DNA from: Gemmatimonadota bacterium
GTDB taxonomy: Bacteria > Latescibacterota > UBA2968 > UBA8231
DNA length: 64,000 nucleotides
Reading direction: 5' to 3'
Assembly (NCBI GenBank): GCA_038153405.1
Contig: JAYOYH010000004.1
Location: 32,001 to 96,000 of the forward strand
Shown here: positions 56,718 through 64,000 of the stretch, one piece after another
How the letters are laid out: each line of letters opens with the position of its first letter
How positions within the stretch are numbered: the stretch's first letter is position 1
Made by a program: the position numbers and the translations under genes
The notes under the pieces: generated by a model
What the model saw: only the letters and a program-made list of their open reading frames with translations
Database searches by the model: none
What the model was told of the DNA's origin: nothing

Positions 56718-57698
56718 CTATCCGACCTGTATTTCGCGCCAGTTGAGGCGCCGCCAATCCGTCGTGCCCAATCCGCGCTGTGCCGCCTTGTGCAAGTAGG
56801 GCAAATTGGCCGCATCGCGCCCCAGCAGCGAATAGCCATACGTATCGACGGCGACCATATCGGTGCCGACGACCAGCGTATCGCCAACGGCCACGTCGCT
56901 CAGGCTGCCGCCGGTCGGCCCGTTGCGCATCAGCACGCGCGTCGCGTCGAGTAGGACCAGCGTCGGCTTGACCATATGTGGAAAATCGGAGACAATGCCG
57001 TGGATGGCCTGGTGAAACTGGTTGCGGCGACCGCCCAGCATGCCGTACCAGTTCTTCATGGTCATGGAGCCGGAGCACAGGTTGTGGTCCTTACACGGGG
57101 CAATGCCAATCACTTTATCCACCGCGGCAAAGGGTTTGTAAAACGTCGTCCACGTGCCCAATACTTCGCCGTCGATTTTAACCTCTGCAAAAGACGAGTT
57201 CCTGGGTAGCATAAGCTCGGCGCCAACCTCATCGGCAGCGGCCTTGATACCCGACTTGAAAAAGCATCCTTCGGGCTGATTAATCGGATTGTCGGCTACG
57301 ATGATTTTTCGGGCACCGGCTTCGCGGCACAGGACGGCGACGGCCTTGAGCACGCCGGGACTCGTCGTCGCGCCGAGCAGCGGCGCGCGATCAAAGGCGA
57401 CATTGGGTTTGAGCAGCACCGCATCGCCCTTGTTAACAAAGCGCTCAATGCCGCCCATTTCCCCTATCGCAGCGCGCACCATGGCCTCGGCGTCGGTGCC
57501 GTGGGCAATGGCCATGGCCACGGCGTTGGCACCGCGGTCCACGGCAAAAGAAGGCAGCACCTTAGCGGCGGCAATCTGCGCATCGCGAAAGTACTGCCCA
57601 CCGCCGCGCGGATCGTAGAGTAGCCCAGCGCCCAGAGTCGAGCCGGCAACGGCCAGTCCCGTCAGTCCGGCTCGGCGTAGAAAATCGCGTCGTTCCAT
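56718..57698 (-). CDS. DUF362 protein with Tat signal
   Basis: ERRDFL, VLLKPNVAF, ATTSP, CKDH, TMKNWYG, NGPTGG, DMVAVD. Confidence 0.88.
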   Translation of the reverse strand: MERRDFLRRAGLTGLAVAGSTLGAGLLYDPRGGGQYFRDAQIAAAKVLPSFAVDRGANAVAMAIAHGTDAEAMVRAAIGEMGGIERFVNKGDAVLLKPNVAFDRAPLLGATTSPGVLKAVAVLCREAGARKIIVADNPINQPEGCFFKSGIKAAADEVGAELMLPRNSSFAEVKIDGEVLGTWTTFYKPFAAVDKVIGIAPCKDHNLCSGSMTMKNWYGMLGGRRNQFHQAIHGIVSDFPHMVKPTLVLLDATRVLMRNGPTGGSLSDVAVGDTLVVGTDMVAVDTYGYSLLGRDAANLPYLHKAAQRGLGTTDWRRLNWREIQVG

Positions 57699-57789
57699 GG
57701 TTTCGTGCCGTTCCTCAATCGGTGAATGCACGCCGTCGGTCACCCAACGGACCGTCGGCGAATAAACGCATATTCAGCAACTGGTCAAT

Positions 57790-58860
57790 CTACTTACCCA
57801 GTTGCGCGATAGCGCGCAGCAAGTCGTCGGCACCGCGCTCGGCCACCGCGCGCCCTTCGGCCAGATTGACCCCCGCAAACAGGGTGCCATGCTGAAAGAT
57901 CACATCGTAAAACCCGCCGAAGTCTCCGGTAAAAACCTGCGTTCCACCTACCGTGCGCGGCGCGCTCACTTCGCCGTAGTCGCGCAGATAGGCCAGGTAT
58001 TGTTCCATCGTCGCGGCGGCGGCCTCAGGCGTTTCGTGCAGCGACACAAAAGACGTCCACTCGTCGGCCGCGCTGCGATACTTGGCCGTATAGGTTTCTT
58101 TGAGAAAGTCGAGACTCAGCGCATCGCGCTTAAAGTACTGGACGAAGAGCCTATTTTCGCGCGGAAAATGTTCCAGTCCCCACACGCTGCCTTCGCTATC
58201 TGGCAGCCGTGCGACGAGTGTGCGCGCGATCGCTTCGCTGGCCGCGCGCATCGCTTCGCCCATATCGGAAGCGATGATCTGCGCGTAATAGGTGCCCTTC
58301 CAAAAGAAATAGCTGCTCTCGGCGCGATAGCCCTGATCGCCCAGCGCCTGCAGCTCGGCTTCTTCCGGTCGTTCGACGGCGTAGATGCCAAAGGCGTTGT
58401 CCAACGCATCCATATCGTAGACGAATACGTCGATAAACTGGCCATCGCCGCCGGCTAGCCCAACAAAGTCCATGCCCGCTACATCGTAAGCCAGGTATTG
58501 TTCAGCGCGGCCGTTGATTTTTTCATAGAGCGTCTCGGCCGTAAACGACTCGACGGCACCCAGATCGCGCCAACCTTCGGGCGCCAAGCCGCGCAGCGGC
58601 GCAGATTCCACTGCCCCTGCCGCACCGGCAACGCGCCCTTCACCGCTCTCTTCAACCAGCTTGACCTGCTGTCGAACCGGAGCCTCCTGAGACAAAAGGT
58701 TTTGATCTAGCGCAAAGAGATTGGGATCGAAGTGCTGCCCCTTGATATAGGTACCGACGCCGAGGCCGGCGATCAACAGCAGCATCAGGGCGCCGATGCC
58801 CGTCTCCATGCCCGAGATTTCCGTGCGCTCAAAAGCGCGTTTACCAACGCCGCCAAACAT
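57790..58860 (-). CDS. DUF6599-type membrane-anchored protein
   Basis: N-terminal TM, TLYEKINGRAEQYLAY, VFVYDM, NAFGIY, FFWKGTYYAQI. Confidence 0.7.
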   Translation of the reverse strand: MFGGVGKRAFERTEISGMETGIGALMLLLIAGLGVGTYIKGQHFDPNLFALDQNLLSQEAPVRQQVKLVEESGEGRVAGAAGAVESAPLRGLAPEGWRDLGAVESFTAETLYEKINGRAEQYLAYDVAGMDFVGLAGGDGQFIDVFVYDMDALDNAFGIYAVERPEEAELQALGDQGYRAESSYFFWKGTYYAQIIASDMGEAMRAASEAIARTLVARLPDSEGSVWGLEHFPRENRLFVQYFKRDALSLDFLKETYTAKYRSAADEWTSFVSLHETPEAAAATMEQYLAYLRDYGEVSAPRTVGGTQVFTGDFGGFYDVIFQHGTLFAGVNLAEGRAVAERGADDLLRAIAQLGK

Positions 58861-58900
58861 AGAATCTGCCTTCCGTTCTAAAGTTGCTTTCCGCGCTTCG

Positions 58901-59785
58901 TCAGCGGATCAGCCTGCGCGGCCGCTCGATCAGGTTGCGCAGATAGTCGCAGTAGGCGTTGCCCTTGGCCATACCGGCAATTGCCAACAGCTGATCCGCT
59001 CCGATGTAGTTCTTCATATAGGCAATTTCTTCAATACAGCCCACCTTCAAGCCCTGTCGATGCTCAATCGTCTGCACGAAGTTGCTCGCTTCCAACAGAC
59101 TTTCGTGCGTGCCCGTATCCAGCCAGGCAAAACCGCGCCCCAGCACTTCGACGCCCAGTTCGCCGCGCGACAGATAGACTTTGTTCAAGTCGGTGATCTC
59201 TAGCTCGCCGCGCGCCGACGGCTTTAAACTACGCGCGATATCCACGGCCTCCCCGTCATAAAAATAGAGGCCGATCACCGCGTAATTAGAGCGCGGGTTC
59301 TGCGGTTTTTCCTCAATGCCGACCGCTCGCTTATCGGCGTCGAACTCGACGACGCCGTAGCGTTCGGGATCCTGGACGTAATAGGCAAAGACCATGCCGC
59401 CTTCTTCGATCTGGCCGGCGCGCTGCAGCATATTCGACAGGCCGTGGCCGTAGAGAAAGTTGTCGCCGAGAATTAGTGCGCTCGGCTCGTCTCCAACGAA
59501 ATCGGCACCGATTGTATAGGACTGAGCCAGCCCTTCGGGACGCGGCTGTACCGCGTATTGAATATCTAAACCGAGGCGCGAGCCATCGCCGAGCAATTGC
59601 CGGTACAGATCGATGTGCTCGGGCGAAGAGATAACGAGCACTTCGCGGATATCGGCCAGCATGAGGACCGATAGGGGATAGTAGATCATCGGCTTGTCAA
59701 AAACGGGCAGAATCTGCTTTGACAGCGATACGGTCAGTGGATAGAGCCGCGTTCCCTGCCCTCCCGCCAGTATAATTCCTCTCAT
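58901..59785 (-). CDS. rfbA: Glucose-1-phosphate thymidylyltransferase
   Basis: [47 protein letters not shown]. Confidence 0.96.
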   Translation of the reverse strand: MRGIILAGGQGTRLYPLTVSLSKQILPVFDKPMIYYPLSVLMLADIREVLVISSPEHIDLYRQLLGDGSRLGLDIQYAVQPRPEGLAQSYTIGADFVGDEPSALILGDNFLYGHGLSNMLQRAGQIEEGGMVFAYYVQDPERYGVVEFDADKRAVGIEEKPQNPRSNYAVIGLYFYDGEAVDIARSLKPSARGELEITDLNKVYLSRGELGVEVLGRGFAWLDTGTHESLLEASNFVQTIEHRQGLKVGCIEEIAYMKNYIGADQLLAIAGMAKGNAYCDYLRNLIERPRRLIR

Positions 59786-59918
59786 ATGACGTCCCTTAGC
59801 TAGTCTCCGATAAGTCCATTCGATGCACACGACGCCCGTAGACATACCGATAAGGCGTCGTACATTCTATGCTAATATGGGATATAACTCAATTGGCGAC
59901 CACCCCAAAAGGAGTGCA

Positions 59919-60443
59919 ATGAAGATCGTTCTAGTCGGCTACCGAGCGGCCGGAAAATCGACGCTGGGAAAACGTATTTCAGATAAATTGGCCATGCCGT
60001 ACCTCGATATCGACCGCGGCATTGAGGAACGCATAGGCGAGCAAACGCTGACGGATTTTTATGGAAAAGTGGGCGAAGATGGATTCCGCCCCATAGAAAC
60101 AGAAGTCGTGGTCGAAATGTGCCGCACCGAACGCGCCGTTATTGCCTTTGGCGCAGGCTCTCTGATGCGCGCGCGCAACCAGCAAGCAGCTAAAGACAAC
60201 GCCCTAGTTGTCTACCTCCAGGTGCCGGTCGACGAGCTGTGGCGACGTATCTGCTCCGATCCCAACAGCGGCCACACCCGCCCCAACTTGGCCGGCGGCG
60301 GCCTGCAAGAAGTGGAATATATGCTCGCCCTGCGCGAGCCCACCTATGTGGCCTGCGCCAACCTCGTACTCGATGGAACGCGAGCAACTGAGGAACTGCT
60401 GCAACGCGTAGTGGAGTCGTATCGGGCCGCAGGCGGCGCGTAG
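59919..60443 (+). CDS. aroK: Shikimate kinase
   Basis: GYRAAGKSTLG, DIDRGIE, GEDGFR, VVYL, TRPNL, REPTY. Confidence 0.88.
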   Translation: MKIVLVGYRAAGKSTLGKRISDKLAMPYLDIDRGIEERIGEQTLTDFYGKVGEDGFRPIETEVVVEMCRTERAVIAFGAGSLMRARNQQAAKDNALVVYLQVPVDELWRRICSDPNSGHTRPNLAGGGLQEVEYMLALREPTYVACANLVLDGTRATEELLQRVVESYRAAGGA

Positions 60444-60462
60444 AGCACGGCTGCCGATTGGC

Positions 60463-61350
60463 TTATCCCGCATAGCCAACAGAAGCTACGCCGCGGCTCT
60501 GCGGATCAATTTTGACCAACGATCCAGCCAGTGGCTGCTCTGCCAGCGCCTTTTCGTCCAGCTGTTGGACGGCTGAGGTAACGTACAATTCGTCCATATC
60601 TTCGCCGCCAAAAGCACAGGACGTGACGTTGGCAAAGGGCATGGCATACTCGGCCATCAATTTCCCGCTGCGCGGATCGTAGCGCTTGACCGACCAGCCG
60701 CCATACACGGCAATCCACAGCGTGCCGTCCGCGTCGATGGCCATGCCGTCAAAAATGCCCGCGCCTTCGTTTTCGCATACGACGCGCTCGTTGTCGATGG
60801 CCCCCGTTTCCACGTCGTAGTCATAGGCCCGCACGTTGTTGAGCGGCGAGTCGATGTAGTACATGGTGCGGCCATCGGCAGACCAGACGATTCCATTGGA
60901 AACCGACACAGGCGCCAGGCGCCTGTGCACGCTGTGGTCGACGTCCAGACAGTAGAGCGCTCCGGCATCTTTGGCACCTTTGAATTCCATGGTACCAGCC
61001 CACAGCCGACCAACGGGATCGCACTTACCATCGTTGAAGCGATTGGCCGGCACGCCGCGCTCTGGATCGTCGCCAATCGGCGTCAGCTTTCCGCTATCTA
61101 TATCGATATGGGCAAAGCCGTTATGCAAGGCCACCACCAGCCCTCCGCTCTGCCGTGGAACCACGGTACCGACCGCCTGACAGGTATTCAACGTGCGGTT
61201 GATACCGTTGACCGGATCGTATACATAGACTTCGCAACCGAGAATATCAACCCAGTAGAGCACCTTCTTTTTGCTGTCCCACAGGGCGCCCTCTCCGACC
61301 AGAGTGCGATTCTCCACAACCAATTGAACGTCAACACGCTCTACGGCCAT
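60463..61350 (-). CDS. SMP-30/gluconolactonase/LRE family protein
   Basis: GEGALWD, LYWVDI, RFNDGKCDP, SNGIVWS, DGMAIDADG, TSCAFGG. Confidence 0.93.
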   Translation of the reverse strand: MAVERVDVQLVVENRTLVGEGALWDSKKKVLYWVDILGCEVYVYDPVNGINRTLNTCQAVGTVVPRQSGGLVVALHNGFAHIDIDSGKLTPIGDDPERGVPANRFNDGKCDPVGRLWAGTMEFKGAKDAGALYCLDVDHSVHRRLAPVSVSNGIVWSADGRTMYYIDSPLNNVRAYDYDVETGAIDNERVVCENEGAGIFDGMAIDADGTLWIAVYGGWSVKRYDPRSGKLMAEYAMPFANVTSCAFGGEDMDELYVTSAVQQLDEKALAEQPLAGSLVKIDPQSRGVASVGYAG

Positions 61351-61386
61351 CGCGCTATCCTCTGCATTTTTTGCGCTATTATCACG

Positions 61387-63999
61387 CTAGTGTATCAACC
61401 TGTCCATTTCGGCCAGCAGCGCCGCGGAGCTAAACGGCTTCATAACCAGAGCATCTACAGTCGCCCCTGATGCGATCGCCGGACTCTTTCCATCGGACAT
61501 TTTCAACCCCAAGATAGGCAGGTGGATATCGTGGTGGCTTACCGCCTCTCGCAGCGCAGACACCCACTGCTCTCCCTTGGATTCACTCATATCCATATCG
61601 ACCAACGCGATATCAAAACCATTCGCACCGTCTTCTATCAAGCTGCTTTCACTGGCGCCCAAGACAACGGCCCAACCGGCTTTCTCCAGCATGCCTCCCA
61701 CCAGCAATTGCTGGAATGAATCGTCTGAAAAAAGCAGGGCGCGTCTACCCGACTGTTCTATCTTCTCTCCTGCTCCAGCGGCGACCGCACGAGTATCGCG
61801 ATCTAATCGAATGCTGAAACTAAACGTGCTGCCCTTTCCTACTTCGCTTTGCACATTCATACTACCACCCATCATTTTCACCAATTCAGCACAAATGCTC
61901 AGCCCTAGGCCCGTGCCGCCGAATCGGCGAGTCGTCGAAGAATCCTCTTGTACAAAGGCGTCAAAAATGGTTTGCAGTTTGTCTTCCGCAATGCCGATGC
62001 CCGTGTCCCGAACCGATACATCAACTGCGATGTGATCGCCGTCGAGGCGACTGCCGATGACCAATTCAACCCAACCAACTTCCGTGAATTTGGCAGCGTT
62101 TCCGAGCAGGTTTATCATGATTTGGCGCAGGCGCACGGGGTCGCCGAGTACATTGGCTTCAGAAACGGCCCTTTTATTGTAACGGAGTTCGACTTTGCCG
62201 CTTGTAAAGCGATTCGACATCAGCTTTACGGTGGAGTCGAACTCTAGGAGCAAGTCAAAACTTGTTTGCTCTAAACTGAGCTTACCCGCCTCAATTTTAG
62301 ATAAATCGAGAATATCATTGAGAATATTCAACAGCTGCTTGCCCGCCATTTGCACGATGTCGAGGGACTCGCGTTGATCAATGCTCAACGATGAGTCGAG
62401 CACCAGCTCCGTCATCCCAAGGATGGCATTCATCGGCGTGCGTATTTCGTGGCTCATATTAGCCAAAAATTCGCTCTTAGCTAGGTTGGCTTCATCGGCG
62501 ACTGCGCGCGCCCTTTGTGCCTCTATTAGCGCTTTCTCCATGTTATTTTCGGCACGATCGCGCCTGGACAGGTCCATCAAGCGCAAGCTGGCCACGGAAA
62601 TCTGACTGCACATCTCTACCATAGTCGCTATCAATGATGTATTACAGCCCAACTCGGAGATCAAACCTACGGCCAGTGATCCCTGCACAAAAGGCACGTC
62701 TATAACCAGCGTGGGGCGGTATTTTTCGCCCAGCCCACCATACTTTTCAGCCTCTATATAGCGCTCCCATACTTCGTTGCGCTTCCAGTGCTTAATTAGC
62801 AGGGGGATTTCGCCCGCTTGTATAGAAACTTCTTTGGTTACGACCTGTCCATTCATGTAGTTATACGACGTTACGCGCTCGGTTTTCTCATCAATCAGGT
62901 TGACACCCCAAGCTTGAAAATCGACACCTATCTGGGCGTATCCATCGCCTATTGCACTAACTACGGATTCGAAGTCTTCAACGCGTTGCATTTGCAGGAT
63001 GGCGTTCTGAATGCGTAGCTTGACCGATTGTACGGTCTCCGCAAGATTATGCAGCATATTCTTTCGAAAGCGGAGCAAATCGAATGTGTTCACCCACTCC
63101 CCTACCTCAGCACCGTTCTCGATTGATAAGTCGCCCACTTGGCTCGGATACAAACTCACCGAACCTTCTCCATACAGGGGAACTTCTAATAAGCAGCATA
63201 CATCTTCTATACCCGCTGTGCGCAGACGCTCTCTCTCGACTAAAACCAGATTCCCAGAGCTCCACGCTTCGCTAATCCAAGGTCGATCGGCCAGCCGATT
63301 GGCATCGTACTCAACTAAGAAATTTTTCGCCACATCTCTTATATCGACGTAATAACCGTCGCGCGTAGCGGGAAAATGCACTTCTATCTTGGCAATACGC
63401 CAACCGAGTCTCTGCATCGCACCGACGAACTCTATATCAATTATTCGCTGTTTTTCGACGTAATCGACCGCATCGAGCATGAGTTTTCTAAGGCGGTTCT
63501 GCTCGCGTTGGGTTTGCAGCGCGCGCGACGTCAGTTTTTGCGCATCAATTAACTCCTGCTGAACCACCAACAGCTCGATATTGTGCATCTCCCGCTCGAC
63601 GAATTTGGCCAACTGGGCGAGGGTTAGGTTATCCTCATCGCTAAACGACCGCGGCTCTGTGTCTATAATGCATAGGGTTCCGACGAGTTGCCCATCGGGG
63701 GCCGCTAGCGGCCGTCCTGCGTAGAAGCGAATATGCGGTTCTCCAACCACCAGTGGATTGTCGGCAAATCGGCTATCTTCTAGCGCATTTTCCACGATAA
63801 ATGTGGAAGGCTGATGAATAGCATGTCCGCAGAAAGAAACATCGCGCGAGGTCGATTTGGCATCCAATCCGTAGCATGCCTTAAACCACTGTCGATCGCT
63901 ATCGACTAGACTGACCAGTGCGATGGGTACGCGAAAGATAGACCCTGCCAATCGAACGATGCTGTCAAAGCGATCTTCCGGTTCCGTATCGAGCAGTTC
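61387..63999 (-). CDS. GAF-containing hybrid histidine kinase; 5' end lies outside the window
   Basis: Frame is open to the window edge ([12 protein letters not shown]); GAF (SFCGHAI, IRFYAG), [33 protein letters not shown], degenerate REC. Confidence 0.93.
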   Translation of the reverse strand, partial: ELLDTEPEDRFDSIVRLAGSIFRVPIALVSLVDSDRQWFKACYGLDAKSTSRDVSFCGHAIHQPSTFIVENALEDSRFADNPLVVGEPHIRFYAGRPLAAPDGQLVGTLCIIDTEPRSFSDEDNLTLAQLAKFVEREMHNIELLVVQQELIDAQKLTSRALQTQREQNRLRKLMLDAVDYVEKQRIIDIEFVGAMQRLGWRIAKIEVHFPATRDGYYVDIRDVAKNFLVEYDANRLADRPWISEAWSSGNLVLVERERLRTAGIEDVCCLLEVPLYGEGSVSLYPSQVGDLSIENGAEVGEWVNTFDLLRFRKNMLHNLAETVQSVKLRIQNAILQMQRVEDFESVVSAIGDGYAQIGVDFQAWGVNLIDEKTERVTSYNYMNGQVVTKEVSIQAGEIPLLIKHWKRNEVWERYIEAEKYGGLGEKYRPTLVIDVPFVQGSLAVGLISELGCNTSLIATMVEMCSQISVASLRLMDLSRRDRAENNMEKALIEAQRARAVADEANLAKSEFLANMSHEIRTPMNAILGMTELVLDSSLSIDQRESLDIVQMAGKQLLNILNDILDLSKIEAGKLSLEQTSFDLLLEFDSTVKLMSNRFTSGKVELRYNKRAVSEANVLGDPVRLRQIMINLLGNAAKFTEVGWVELVIGSRLDGDHIAVDVSVRDTGIGIAEDKLQTIFDAFVQEDSSTTRRFGGTGLGLSICAELVKMMGGSMNVQSEVGKGSTFSFSIRLDRDTRAVAAGAGEKIEQSGRRALLFSDDSFQQLLVGGMLEKAGWAVVLGASESSLIEDGANGFDIALVDMDMSESKGEQWVSALREAVSHHDIHLPILGLKMSDGKSPAIASGATVDALVMKPFSSAALLAEMDRLIH

Positions 64000-64000
64000 C

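Noticed and set aside
1..64000. CRISPR array, tRNA/rRNA, IS element, prophage or defence island
   Set aside because: I saw no regularly spaced repeats, RNA gene signatures, or transposase, integrase, phage or nuclease motifs. A small divergent RNA could have been missed by eye.

Overview
GC-rich bacterial chromosome segment with about 58 protein-coding genes. I found no rRNA, tRNA, CRISPR array, integrase or transposase. The content is dominated by expanded catabolic families: 8 phytanoyl-CoA-dioxygenase (PhyH)-like Fe(II)/2OG oxygenases, 3 paralogous DUF6785-type polytopic membrane proteins, 3 aldo/keto reductases, 2 Gfo/Idh/MocA oxidoreductases, 2 sulfatases, 2 enolase-superfamily enzymes, a sugar ABC transporter and a beta-helix protein. 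Orphan signalling genes (cheV, two histidine kinases, a REC-cyclase) and a few housekeeping genes (zapA, ppiC, rfbA, aroK, ABC-F) are scattered among them. This profile resembles uncultured marine or sponge heterotrophs such as Ca. Latescibacterota or Poribacteria (inference only). The best candidates for uncharacterised systems are: (1) a DUF4910/M28-peptidase-like protein fused to an AAC(3) acetyltransferase; (2) a redoxin paired with a cytochrome c-PHM-like dicopper monooxygenase-TPR protein; (3) a DUF6599-Tat DUF362-polyferredoxin-Tat aldo/keto reductase redox operon; (4) a sulfatase-to-aldolase operon containing DUF1445; (5) a small ORFan with a palindromic operator in its promoter; (6) a DUF2089/DUF4097 SHOCT-like pair with phased AAATATTT boxes. 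All family calls come from motif recognition by eye; no searches were run.
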